Shown one piece after another: positions 35,765 through 45,737 of a stretch of DNA of 64,000 bases; position 1 is the first letter of the stretch; every line of letters starts with the position of its first letter. The notes under the pieces are model-generated. The model did not search any database. It was not told where the DNA came from and saw nothing but the letters and a program-made list of their open reading frames with translations. The stretch covers positions 13,730 through 77,729 of the forward strand of contig JAAXTX010000002.1 of NCBI GenBank assembly GCA_013336285.1, written 5' to 3'. Both the position numbers and the translations under genes were made by a program. Origin of the DNA: Candidatus Moraniibacteriota bacterium (GTDB taxonomy: Bacteria > Patescibacteriota > Minisyncoccia > Moranbacterales > UBA1568).

Positions 35765-36826
35765 TCAGGACGAGGAAGTCAAGGAGGCATTTCCATTATC
35801 AACTTTCGCTCCGTATCCCAAAGCGTAGATATCGGCAAGTGCGAAGAAGAGTGATACGACGACGGGTCCGATAAGCAACCCCGGAAAGCCAAAAAAGGTA
35901 ATCCCACCGAGCGTGGCGAAGAAAACGAGCAACGGATGCATCTCAGTATCCCGACCGACAAGTCTCGGTCGTAGGATGTTGTCGATTACGGATATCACCC
36001 CGAGTCCGAATGACAAGACGAATACTCCCTGCCAGACATCTCCTCCCACGAACAGGATGAGACCGGTCGGAATCCATACGAGCGCGGTACCTACACCGGG
36101 GATAAGTGAGGCAAGTGCGACGATTATACCGAGCACTGCAGGAGACGGGACACCGGCGATTGCGAACGCGAATCCGGCAAGCAATCCCTGTACCGCCCCG
36201 ACGACGAGCGTCCCCTTGATCATGGCGCGGCTGATGGAGGTAAACTTCTTGAACAGCAAGACGTCCTGTGCATCGTCCAGCGGAGAGAACCGCTTCAGCT
36301 GACGCAGGATTGACTCCCCGTCGAGCATAAAATAGAAGAGGGTGAAAAAAAAGACAAACAGCCAGAGGATAAACTGAACAACGCCCTGATAGGCTGCGCC
36401 GAGGGCCGTCACCGTGCTGGTCGAGACTGAGCGCAATGAATTCGAAAGTCGGTCGGCTAAATCTCCGCCCGGAAAGACGGAGCGAAGGAGAGGTGATTGA
36501 TCTACAAACTCCGCGGCCTTTCCGACAACTTCGGCACTCTGGCCGGAATGATAGAAGACGTTCGCCTCGTTCACAGCGAAAGCGACGACGATGGAAATCG
36601 GCGCGACAATGAGCAGGGCTACAATGAGACACAAGATCGCGGCGGCGGCAGGACGGTTTCCGAAAAGCACCTTCCGAAATCTCCGATTCATACCTCGCAG
36701 AAGAACCGCGAAAACTGCCGCCACGACGATTGCCGTCAGGAACGGCTGAAAGATAAAAAACACCGCCGCGCCGGCGACGAGCAGGAGAAGCAGGAATAGA
36801 TACATGTTGAAATCGTGCTTTTTCAT
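35765..36826 (-). CDS. AI-2E family transporter (PerM/UPF0118)
   Basis: 353 aa with 8 transmembrane helices in the typical AI-2E layout. Confidence 0.75.
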   Translation of the reverse strand: MKKHDFNMYLFLLLLLVAGAAVFFIFQPFLTAIVVAAVFAVLLRGMNRRFRKVLFGNRPAAAAILCLIVALLIVAPISIVVAFAVNEANVFYHSGQSAEVVGKAAEFVDQSPLLRSVFPGGDLADRLSNSLRSVSTSTVTALGAAYQGVVQFILWLFVFFFTLFYFMLDGESILRQLKRFSPLDDAQDVLLFKKFTSISRAMIKGTLVVGAVQGLLAGFAFAIAGVPSPAVLGIIVALASLIPGVGTALVWIPTGLILFVGGDVWQGVFVLSFGLGVISVIDNILRPRLVGRDTEMHPLLVFFATLGGITFFGFPGLLIGPVVVSLFFALADIYALGYGAKVDNGNASLTSSS

Positions 36827-36904
36827 CCCTTTTTAGAGCCATTTTCCCTATCATTATACAGGAAAAACGATTTGAAGGCAAGAAAAATTTCCTAGAAACG
36901 GGAT

Positions 36905-37966
36905 TCAACTCCGAGAAGACGGGCGTTCGGGGTATACGTCGCGGGATTTCTTGTCGAACGCGGCAAAGGTCGGCTCACCGAGAAGGACCTGCGCGTTGAC
37001 GAACAAAATCGGTTTCCCACCGATGATCGACTTCGCATACGGAGGACGGACGGCGAGTTCGAGACCGTACCGCTCATGAAACCAGTCCTTGATTCCGGCG
37101 CGGGAATTGTGCGATGCGGGAACGAGAAACGGTTCGTACGACTTTCTTTTCGCGGAGTAGTATGTCGTATGCTTCTCGTGCAGGAAGAGCATGACCTGCG
37201 CGTCCTTCCATCGTCCCCGTTCCAATTTTGAATTTTGTCCGCCATTTGACAGTACGACTTTAGACTTTTGACTTTCGACTTTTGACGTGAGAGCGGTCAG
37301 TTCACTTTTCCCCTTCTCTCGAAAATAACGACACCCGTCTCGGACAGGACATGCACCGCACTTCGGCCGGGCGACACAGATCGCGCTTCCGAAGTCCATA
37401 AGGGACGCGTTCAGCTCCTTCGCAGGCAGCGAAAACGCCGCTTCGAATTCCGGAAACGGGATATCCGCTTTTTTCGACCCGAAGAAAAACCGTCCGACGA
37501 CACGGCGGAGATTCGTATCCCACGCGACCGTATTCCTGCCATAGGCGAAGCTCGCGATCGCGGCAGCGGTATAGGGTCCCACACCGGGGAGCCCCTTAAG
37601 CGCTTCGACGACCTTTGGAAATTTCCCGCCGTGTTCCGAGACGACCACTCGCGCCGTCTTCAACATATTTCGCCCGCGCGCATAGTACCCGAGCCCCTGA
37701 TAATACGGCAGAAATTCCTCCCATGTCGCGATTGCAAGCGATTCGACCGTCGGAAATCGCCCAAGAAAACGCTCATAGTATCCGATCACGCGCGACACCT
37801 GCGTCTGTTGGAGCATGATCTCTGAGACCCAGACCTCGTAGGCGCCGATACGCGCCTTGCGCCACGGCAGGTGCTCCCGCCCAGCATGACGGAAGAAGTC
37901 GTCGAGCTTCCCTTCGAAGAATCTCAGTTTTTCGAGCTGACGTTTTTGCATAGAATCATGAATCAA
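36905..37966 (-). CDS. mutY: A/G-specific adenine DNA glycosylase MutY (HhH-GPD plus 4Fe-4S plus NUDIX-like C-domain)
   Basis: The HhH-GPD region LPGVGPYTAAAIASFAYG, the FeS loop CVARPKCGACPVRDGC, and a C-terminal MutT-like domain. Confidence 0.8.
   Translation of the reverse strand: MIHDSMQKRQLEKLRFFEGKLDDFFRHAGREHLPWRKARIGAYEVWVSEIMLQQTQVSRVIGYYERFLGRFPTVESLAIATWEEFLPYYQGLGYYARGRNMLKTARVVVSEHGGKFPKVVEALKGLPGVGPYTAAAIASFAYGRNTVAWDTNLRRVVGRFFFGSKKADIPFPEFEAAFSLPAKELNASLMDFGSAICVARPKCGACPVRDGCRYFREKGKSELTALTSKVESQKSKVVLSNGGQNSKLERGRWKDAQVMLFLHEKHTTYYSAKRKSYEPFLVPASHNSRAGIKDWFHERYGLELAVRPPYAKSIIGGKPILFVNAQVLLGEPTFAAFDKKSRDVYPERPSSRS
37254..37287. repeat. Copy of the dispersed GACTTTCGACTTT minisatellite, in-frame in the MutY interdomain linker
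   Basis: ACGACTTTAGACTTTTGACTTTCGACTTTTGACG, which encodes TSKVESQKSKVV. Confidence 0.6.
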
Positions 37967-38032
37967 GAAGAAAGAATCGTGCCGTGACCGCTCGCCTCCC
38001 CGTTTAAAACTCTTTTCTTGATTCCTTATTCT

Positions 38033-39097
38033 TTATTCTTCCTCGGAAATGATTCCACTTCCCAGGCACTCATCCCCGCGATAGAACGCGGCGATCTGCC
38101 CGGGAGCGACTCCGGTATCGCCTTCCGCAAGCATCACGCGCCCACGACCCCTATCCTGAATCACAAGATTGCACTCGGCCTCTTTCACCCCATGTCGAAG
38201 TTTCACTGTAAGCGTATCGTCGGACGAAGGCGCTTCCGCGATCCACGAAAGCCCCTCGACCGAAAATTCCGTCCGCGCCGTCTCCGCACTCCTATATGCG
38301 TTCGATATATAGACGATATTCTTGGTGGTATCCTTGCCCGTCACGTACCAGGGTCCCCCGGAAAGCCCTATTCCCTTGCGCTGGCCGATCGTATAGAACC
38401 AGAAGCCCTGGTGCTTCCCGAGCCTTGCTCCGGTCTTCTGGTCGACGATATCCCCTTCGCGGGTCCCAAGCTTCTCCTCGAGGAACTTGTCGAACGGAAC
38501 TTTCCCGAGGAAGCAGATCCCCTGACTATCCTTACGCGTGGCATTCGGAAGCGCGTACGTCACTGCGAGCTTCCGCACTTCCTCCTTGCGGTATCCGCCG
38601 ATCGGGAACATCGCCTTTTCTGCCTGCTCCGGCGTGAGCCTCGAGAGGAAATAGGTCTGGTCCTTCACCGGGTCGGATGAACGCAGCAGACGAGCCTTGC
38701 CGTCTCGAATTTCGGTGTGCGCATAGTGCCCCGTCGCCGCCCGATCGAATTCCGATCCGTACGCCTCGACGAACGCCCCGAACTTGATAAGCGTATTGCA
38801 GAACACGTCCGGATTCGGCGTCCGTCCCGCCGTCGCCTCGGCGATCACGTACGACACGATACGCTCGTGGTATTCCTTCTGGAACGGAACGATCTCGAGT
38901 GGTACCCCAGCCCCCTCGCATACCGAGCGGACATATTTCAGATCTTCCTCCCACGGGCATTCACCCAGGAACGACAACTCGTCCTCAAGCCATATCTTGA
39001 GGTAGAACGCGGACACCTCGTGCCCCGCGTCCTTCAAAAGACGCAGAGCGACCGAACTGTCCACCCCGCCGGAAATAAGCATCGCTATCTTCATGAT
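38033..39097 (-). CDS. mnmA: tRNA-specific 2-thiouridylase MnmA
   Basis: The PP-loop motif SGGVDSS and C-terminal Cys residues. The start is assigned to MKIAMLISGGVDSS. Confidence 0.85.
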   Translation of the reverse strand: MMKIAMLISGGVDSSVALRLLKDAGHEVSAFYLKIWLEDELSFLGECPWEEDLKYVRSVCEGAGVPLEIVPFQKEYHERIVSYVIAEATAGRTPNPDVFCNTLIKFGAFVEAYGSEFDRAATGHYAHTEIRDGKARLLRSSDPVKDQTYFLSRLTPEQAEKAMFPIGGYRKEEVRKLAVTYALPNATRKDSQGICFLGKVPFDKFLEEKLGTREGDIVDQKTGARLGKHQGFWFYTIGQRKGIGLSGGPWYVTGKDTTKNIVYISNAYRSAETARTEFSVEGLSWIAEAPSSDDTLTVKLRHGVKEAECNLVIQDRGRGRVMLAEGDTGVAPGQIAAFYRGDECLGSGIISEEE

Positions 39098-39460
39098 TCC
39101 TCTATAATCGGAAAGAAACGATAGCATGCGCAGAGAAAATTGTCATATACGACACTGTTTCAAAGAAATCGTCTTATCCGGTGTTTCGCCGTCGGTGAAG
39201 TTTTCCAAAAGCAGTCAACTCCCGTCTTCATTTTATAAATCATATGCGATCGTGAACACGATAGAGTGCGTCCCGAGAAATATAATAGGCGTTTAGTCAT
39301 TGTAAGAATTTTCGAAAAAAGTTCGCAGTTCGTTCACGAAATTATTCGCCATGGAATTGTGATGGTGGCGACCACTTCGTAGAAATGATTCTCCGTAAGC
39401 CTTTTATGTCATTGTCTTTTGTTTCTCCCAAGTGCGCGTTGTTTCTCATAGCTAATACAA

Positions 39461-42400
39461 TTAATCCCAGCGAAGATCGTAGAGATCAGACTCTACATCG
39501 TGTCCCTTCGCTTCGTGTTCGTAAGACTCCGCTATCGAGCGTAAAAGCGCAGCCGTGCGTGGCCATCTCACCTTCACTGCGTCGCTCAGCTTTTTATATT
39601 TCTCGACCAGTACTCGCTCCTGCTTGCCTCCGTCATTCAAGCCACGTGATGTCACGCCACGGCTGTTGTAAATCTCGTTCTGGATATGGTCGTCGATAGT
39701 TTGATTGTTGAGCTGTTCGATGACGTTGCGAACAGTGGTATGCGGCCATGTGCCGTCCGGGTCTGCTGGCGCATGCGCGAGGATAAAGCCAATTTGCAGA
39801 TCACAGCCGATGACGTGCTTCGTCTCCTCGCATCGCTTACGGGCCGCGGTGATCCAATCCATGAGGGCTTTTTCGTCCACACCCCCATCATCCTTGAGGC
39901 CCGGCAAGAGATACCAAGAATCCAACACCTCGCTTGTAACTCGCCACCTGCGCTCGCGTATCTCTTCGTCCACACCTTCCTCGCTCGGGTTTTCTGCGCG
40001 GTCGTCGCGCTTGTAAATAAAGCTGATCAGTTGGGCAAAGAAAGTAGGGTCGGTCTGCAACGCTCGGTGAAGTGCCATTGGCGCGGCAGTATACCGCTTG
40101 AGTTCGTCGAACAGAGCAGCAAAAGGCCATTCGAGCTTTGCCATTTCGTCTATTGAAAGTTCGTTTTTTTCGTACAACTGTCGGAATACATGCCCAAGAT
40201 GGAATTCGTCCATCACGTCGCCAAGCGTCTTTTTGTCCTGCGCGTTCAGAATCTCTTGGAGCAGACGCTGTAGCAGTCTGTTTGGAACATCAACGTCCGG
40301 GCTACCAGCAACATGAAGCGCAGCGAACGGCCGCTTGGCATCAAGGAGCTTCTCGACTGCGATCGGCACGTCGGTGTTTTTATCCGCGCGAGAATAACCG
40401 CTTGCTTGTTTCCAATACGCAACCTCTTCTTCCTTGCCTCGTGCCGCGACCGCACTCCACGTCTCAGCACCTTCTGGCAAACCGAAATAGAGAAGCGCAC
40501 ACGCTTCCGGCGAGTAATTGCCTTGTGTTTTCAAACGCTCAATGGACTTGTCTATCCACTCAGCACCTACGACCTCGACGCGACCCATTGCGTAGCCGCG
40601 CGTGAGCAACGGCATATCTTTGACGCGCGTGATGAGCAAATCTAAAACAGTGTTGTCCTCCTGCTCGTCGCGCACAGCCATCGCAAGAGCATGGCCGAGT
40701 ACGCCCTGATACTGAATCGTGCTCGAAAACTCCAAAACCTTTTCAAACGGAGTATTGTCCAAGACTTCCCGAGCTGCAGCCTTTTGAGCCTCTTTTACCG
40801 AAGTGTCCTTTGCGTCATATTCTTTCGACTCTCCCTGGGGCAAGCGCGGCCATGGCGTACTCAAAAGCCAACCGACGCGCTCAATAACATCCGTGGGAGC
40901 GAATTTCTGCAGTATTTGATTCAAATCTGGCACATGGACGCGCCTATCCGCTTCGCCGTAGCTGTTAATCCAATTGAGAGCCTCGCGTGTTTTCTGAAGC
41001 AGTAAGTCCCTCTCTTCTTTTGAAAAAGCATCAGGCTCCATTGCGAGTATTGTAGTTAGCAACCGCTCCCGCGTATCTGCAGGGATACGCGTAAACTCAT
41101 CCAGTGAAGCAACGGCGTTCTCTCGGGCACAGGCAAGGTCCTGCAGCATAGGTAACAACCCCCTTAAATACTCGTTGTATTCAGCGTTCGTCTCTTGCTC
41201 AAGACCACGGCGATAACCGCCCGTCTCGCGCCAGCGAAAGCGATGCGACTCGCTGATACTGCCACCGCCATAGTATCTTTCGGCGAATTTCCAGACCAAC
41301 TTAGGATACATAGTGATCAGCTTTTTCAATACTTCCAAACGCTCCTTCGGTTGTGCGTGCGTCTGCGGAAGCCCGGGCAAAAACACTTCGCCTAAACTAT
41401 TCGCTGGGCGATTGCTCCGGCCTCCTCCGAGATCAATATTCGCCAATTCAATAAGCACATATACTGCACGCGCGAAATATTCCGTGCTCCACGCGATGCC
41501 TTCGAGAGACCACAGCAGCCCAGAGTGGCGGCATTCTCCCACCACGCCTCGCACGTCATCTTTCATAAGGTCTTGGAAAATGCTCGGCTGCTTTGCGATC
41601 CATCCCTCAAGAGATTCCATGAACGCGTCCGGTGAAGCCTCAGAAAGCAAGGGAGATGCCTCCTTGAGCGATGACCATGCCTCCCATGTGCTCGCGTTCG
41701 TAAAGACAGTGCGGACGATGCGATCGGCAAACGCTTGCGCCGACGCGACGCTTGGAGACTGGCTGCCATGTACCGCGATCAATACGAGCGATTCGACAAG
41801 GCCGGTCTGCAGCCACTCGGAATATGGATTACCTTTGCCATAGATGGAAGCTGCCCACCGCTTCTCCGGTTCAAGTTCGTACTTTGGGTCGGTTTTAGTG
41901 AGCACTGATAGAAGCGCGGTCTCGAATAGTTTCAGCTGACCTTGCGTGAGATGCGGAGCGAGGAGATACCAAGCATCGAGCGGCGACTTGATCATCCATA
42001 CGCTGCCGACCTTCCGAACAGGCGCGTCATCAATCGATAAAAAAGGAGTAAGCTCTTTGATGAATGCGTCGTAGCCCATGCCGGTAAGAGCCTCGACAAT
42101 CTGACGGTCGCCATCCTTATGCTCATCCCATGCGTTTGCAATCAGCACTGGCAGGAGGATCTTCGCCGATTCAGCTTTAGCCCAGGCAGGCGCGCTGACG
42201 GCGTTCGATTGAAATAAATGGCGACGCAATACCGGAATGCTACGTCCCGAGTCCCGAGCGATTCTCAAAGCATCAGCTTCGGAGAGACCACCATCGTGTA
42301 AGAGCTTCTCGACCACACTGCGCTGCGGTCGCGCGAGCCGAAGCACACTGCGAATGCCGACAACGGTCGCGTCCATGCTTATGAAAACGTGATGGCCTTT

Positions 42401-43258
42401 GGCGATGGCAGCATGAGCGCCGTCCAAGCATTCCCCGGGGCCTGCAATGACGAGCGGATAGTTTGGAAACGCCTGAACGAGCTGACGCATCTCCGCCTTG
42501 TTCTCCACGACCACGCACCGCGCGAATGCCTGTGCCTTTTCCGTCTCAGGAAGCGTCGCGATTGCAGCGTACAGGAATGCATACGCTTCGTCGGGGTGAT
42601 CGCCCTGCACTTCAAGAATAGCCGGACGCTCGGCAATCCATTTCTTCACGGCCTCCGCGTCTCTCGTGCGCCCTCCGATGACAAGCTGCGGTGTCATCAC
42701 CGGCTTCGTTCCCACAGACCATTCCTCCCACACCGCCTCCAAATCACGTATACCATTCGAGACGACCTTGCCGATCTGACGCGCAAGCCATAGACCGACC
42801 GCCGGAGTGATGGCAATCCATTGCTCAAGCGTATCGGCAGCGATCACTTTGACGTCCTTCCATGCGCCGAGCGCCTTCTTCGCTGCTTGCCATGCGTTGC
42901 GCTTGGGGAATGAGCGCGGAGTCACAAAGACGAACGTCGTATCGGACGCGGTCATCCCAAGCGGATCGGCGGCACGCTTGGCATAGTCGGCTTCGGCTTT
43001 CGTCTGCGCCGACTTCTCGGTCCCTACCTCCCAGCCTGATGCGCCGGTCGGAAGGAATGGAGAGGTTACCGGCGTCTTGAGCCGTCCGTCCCATCCGCCA
43101 GTCGCTACGCTATTACCACTAGGAAAATCGAACTCCTCAACGGCATTGGCCGTGTGAGCTAGAATGAGGCGTCCCACAAGCTCCGGCAGGGTGTCCTGGC
43201 AGTGCCGCTGTTGCGTGTTGGCCCAGTTTGCGATGTCGGTTGCGGTAATCCACTTCAT
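39461..43258 (-). CDS. Large orphan hypothetical protein (1265 aa), no recognisable catalytic motifs
   Basis: A single long uninterrupted ORF with its own AT-rich 5' and 3' flanks and somewhat lower GC than its neighbours. It is Trp-rich and mostly alpha-helical by composition. The N-terminal ~110 aa have a D...GGWDG...GWEVGTEK pattern. Confidence 0.65.
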   Translation of the reverse strand: MKWITATDIANWANTQQRHCQDTLPELVGRLILAHTANAVEEFDFPSGNSVATGGWDGRLKTPVTSPFLPTGASGWEVGTEKSAQTKAEADYAKRAADPLGMTASDTTFVFVTPRSFPKRNAWQAAKKALGAWKDVKVIAADTLEQWIAITPAVGLWLARQIGKVVSNGIRDLEAVWEEWSVGTKPVMTPQLVIGGRTRDAEAVKKWIAERPAILEVQGDHPDEAYAFLYAAIATLPETEKAQAFARCVVVENKAEMRQLVQAFPNYPLVIAGPGECLDGAHAAIAKGHHVFISMDATVVGIRSVLRLARPQRSVVEKLLHDGGLSEADALRIARDSGRSIPVLRRHLFQSNAVSAPAWAKAESAKILLPVLIANAWDEHKDGDRQIVEALTGMGYDAFIKELTPFLSIDDAPVRKVGSVWMIKSPLDAWYLLAPHLTQGQLKLFETALLSVLTKTDPKYELEPEKRWAASIYGKGNPYSEWLQTGLVESLVLIAVHGSQSPSVASAQAFADRIVRTVFTNASTWEAWSSLKEASPLLSEASPDAFMESLEGWIAKQPSIFQDLMKDDVRGVVGECRHSGLLWSLEGIAWSTEYFARAVYVLIELANIDLGGGRSNRPANSLGEVFLPGLPQTHAQPKERLEVLKKLITMYPKLVWKFAERYYGGGSISESHRFRWRETGGYRRGLEQETNAEYNEYLRGLLPMLQDLACARENAVASLDEFTRIPADTRERLLTTILAMEPDAFSKEERDLLLQKTREALNWINSYGEADRRVHVPDLNQILQKFAPTDVIERVGWLLSTPWPRLPQGESKEYDAKDTSVKEAQKAAAREVLDNTPFEKVLEFSSTIQYQGVLGHALAMAVRDEQEDNTVLDLLITRVKDMPLLTRGYAMGRVEVVGAEWIDKSIERLKTQGNYSPEACALLYFGLPEGAETWSAVAARGKEEEVAYWKQASGYSRADKNTDVPIAVEKLLDAKRPFAALHVAGSPDVDVPNRLLQRLLQEILNAQDKKTLGDVMDEFHLGHVFRQLYEKNELSIDEMAKLEWPFAALFDELKRYTAAPMALHRALQTDPTFFAQLISFIYKRDDRAENPSEEGVDEEIRERRWRVTSEVLDSWYLLPGLKDDGGVDEKALMDWITAARKRCEETKHVIGCDLQIGFILAHAPADPDGTWPHTTVRNVIEQLNNQTIDDHIQNEIYNSRGVTSRGLNDGGKQERVLVEKYKKLSDAVKVRWPRTAALLRSIAESYEHEAKGHDVESDLYDLRWD

Positions 43259-43542
43259 AAAAACGGTGTCGTGTGAACGCGCTGTATAAGGCTCACATGG
43301 GCCAGAAAAGGGCTCAGGTTCCTTTTTTCAGAAATGAAAAAGTAACGTCTTTATCGTATCTAATACGACGGGAATATACAATAATTCCCTTTTCAAAGCC
43401 AATTTTCATGTTCCCTCAATCTTCCATCCCTAGCGCATCAGACCAACAATCAGCTTCAATAAATACAAGACCGAGGCTCGAATAAGCCTCTGTCAGTTCC
43501 GTGGATTGAAACCACTCAAACGATATCCAATATGTCATCGGC

Positions 43543-44531
43543 CTAAGGTTTCAGGCACGCTCCGTCCGCCGCGAGGTACTCCCTGACGATCCGCCTCACC
43601 TCGGCGACATCTCGTGCTTCCATGAGGGAGATACGGAGATCCTTCGCGTGGTCGAAACCGCTCACATAGGCCTTGGAGAACTTTCGCATGACCTCGAATT
43701 TCCTCCCCTCTCCGTAGAAACGCTCGAAGAGTTCCGCATGTTCGACGAGCGCGTGAAGCTTGTCCCCGATGGCGACATTCTTCTTTCGCGCATTGAACAC
43801 CCATGGATTTCCAAGACTCGCCCGGCCGATCATGATCCCATCGGCTCCGGTTTCCTTCGCTTTCGCTCGACCATCGGCAAGATCGGTCACATCACCGTTG
43901 CCGATGATAAGCACTCCGCTCCCCTTCGCTATCTCGACCGCGCGCGTCACGCGATCCCATTTCGCTGGCACTTTCGACATTTCCTTCCTCGTACGCGCAT
44001 GTATCGTGATCGCCGCGGGGTTCGTTTCAAGCAACACCGGAAGCCAGGTATCGAGTTCGTCCTTGTTCCATCCGATGCGCGTCTTCACCGATACGGGAAT
44101 CGGGTGATGATGTGATGAGACACCCTCTTTTGCGGCTATGACAAGTTCCGCCGAAAGCGATGGATCCTTGATGAGCGCCGCCCCCGCCCCCTGGTCATTG
44201 ATCGCCTTGTCCGGACATCCCATGTTGATATCCACCCCGTCGAACCCGAGGTCCGCGATAAGATACGCCGCCTGCCGTATCTTCTCCGGCGAAGCGGAAA
44301 AGATCTGTGCCACGATCGGTCGCTCGATCTCGCCGTCGTATTCAAGCTTCGGCAAAAGTGCCTGCCTCCCCACCGGATGCAGCAGTCCGTCCGCGGACAC
44401 GAACTCGGTCCACATCACATCGGGTTTGCCATGTCGCGCGAGCATCGTGCGGAACGGAAAATCCGTCACGTCGTCCATCGGCGCCAGCGCGAAAAAAGGT
44501 TTTTTCAGTTGTTCCCAGAAGTTTGATTCCA
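43543..44531 (-). CDS. tRNA-dihydrouridine synthase (Dus family)
   Basis: FALAPMDDVTDFPFR, the FMN-binding TIM-barrel motifs and GVDINMGCP. The start is assigned to MESNFWEQ..., and the longer listed N-terminus is unlikely. Confidence 0.8.
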
Positions 44532-44599
44532 TGAATGAATGGTACCGGGCAGATAGAAAAGAGGCAAGGAAGCTGCGAATCGGTCGGCGAATCCGTCGG

Positions 44600-44650
44600 T
44601 TGACAATATGCGATGTATCCATTATAAATAATGGTCGACAAGGTGTCGAC
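44600..44650 (+). promoter_or_regulatory. Consensus promoter TTGACA-N17-TATAAA followed by a GTCGAC-N5-GTCGAC operator-like repeat
   Basis: TTGACAatatgcgatgtatccatTATAAAtaatgGTCGACaaggtGTCGAC. Confidence 0.45.
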
Positions 44651-44695
44651 GCCTGGCGCAAGGGACTTGCGTAACGCTCCTTACAAGAATCCGAT

Positions 44696-44989
44696 ATGTT
44701 ATCACGCACCTTTTTCCCGCGAGACAAGAATACCGACGAGTTTTCCCTCTCGGATCTCGATGTCCTTGTTCCGGGATTGGGAACAGAGATTCTCAAGCAG
44801 ATCGACTCGGTCCAAGACCGCCATTCAATGAACGCGGCCAAGGAAACCATCTCCACCCTGCTCGAGCGACACGGTACACGCATGGAAGACATCTTCATCG
44901 ACCAAGGTGATTGTTCCGGACACAACCTGGAGATCGCCTTCGAGAGTACGGCTTATAACCACAAGCTTCAAGATAGGCTCCGTGGTTGA
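44696..44989 (+). CDS. Hypothetical small protein (97 aa)
   Basis: An ORF downstream of the consensus promoter with no recognisable motif. Confidence 0.3.
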   Translation: MLSRTFFPRDKNTDEFSLSDLDVLVPGLGTEILKQIDSVQDRHSMNAAKETISTLLERHGTRMEDIFIDQGDCSGHNLEIAFESTAYNHKLQDRLRG

Positions 44990-45267
44990 TACTAAAACTG
45001 ACGACTGTACCATATATCTCTCATTATATCTCTCATTTTTTTACAAAGATGGGAGTTTTTTATATACCGGTCCTGCACTCGTTTCCAAATACATTTCAGG
45101 AATTGCCGTTGCATGTCGGCGATCGCATGATCGGTGATGATGACCGCGACGAGATTCTCGAACGACACGAGAAACAGGCGATCTCCGGTCACCAGCAGGA
45201 CTGGTCGGCTTCGCCGACTTTACATATTTTCTTCCCTATGCTTAAATAGGACTAAATTAGTCTTACT

Positions 45268-45708
45268 TTGATGAAGATATCAAAAAAGGCATATTATGGC
45301 CTCAGGGCGACGGTCAGTCTCGCGGAGGCTGGCGGGCCTGTTTCGGCACGAGAGCTCGCGGAGCGTGAACGGATCCCCGAGGATTTCCTCGAGAAGATTC
45401 TTCAGAAACTCCGTAAAGCCGGAATCGTCGAATCGACCAAAGGCGTCGAGGGTGGCTATGCGCTGACGCGGAAAACGGTCTCCGCCTGGGACATACTCAA
45501 GGCGCTCGACGGGCCGGTCAGGACATTCTCCTCCCCCGGCGGCAAAGGCACCCTCCCCTGCGACTTCCCCTCCCACTGCCAGACGAACGACGTATTGCGA
45601 AGACTAGAGGATGCGATTGAAAAGACCTTATCAGGAATGACGATTGAAAAATTATCAAATCAGAATAAAGAATCAGGAATTAAGAATATTGTTTCGTCCG
45701 TTTCCTGA
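45268..45708 (+). CDS. Rrf2 family transcriptional regulator (IscR/SufR-like)
   Basis: An N-terminal wHTH (YGLRATVSLAEAGGPVSARELAERERIPEDFLEKILQKLRKAGIV) and Cys residues in LPCDFPSHC. It sits directly upstream of the suf genes. Confidence 0.8.
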   Translation: MMKISKKAYYGLRATVSLAEAGGPVSARELAERERIPEDFLEKILQKLRKAGIVESTKGVEGGYALTRKTVSAWDILKALDGPVRTFSSPGGKGTLPCDFPSHCQTNDVLRRLEDAIEKTLSGMTIEKLSNQNKESGIKNIVSSVS

Positions 45709-45731
45709 CTTTCGACTTTTACTTTCGACTC
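45707..45731. repeat. GACTTTCGACTTT minisatellite copy immediately upstream of sufC
   Basis: GACTTTCGACTTTTACTTTCGACTC, ending 6 nt before the sufC ATG. Confidence 0.6.
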
Positions 45732-45737
45732 AACCCT

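Noticed and set aside
35943-36908. 321-aa Arg-rich minus-strand ORF
   Set aside because: An alternate frame overlapping the AI-2E transporter gene, with an extreme Arg/Cys composition typical of an off-frame GC-rich artefact.
43259-43542. Possible tRNA or orphan gene-terminus copy in the AT-rich flank of the 1265-aa gene
   Set aside because: There is no cloverleaf (no T-loop GTTCGA motif or acceptor pairing). I could not find a convincing duplicate of the mnmA start or the dus 3' end, only 6-7-mer coincidences.
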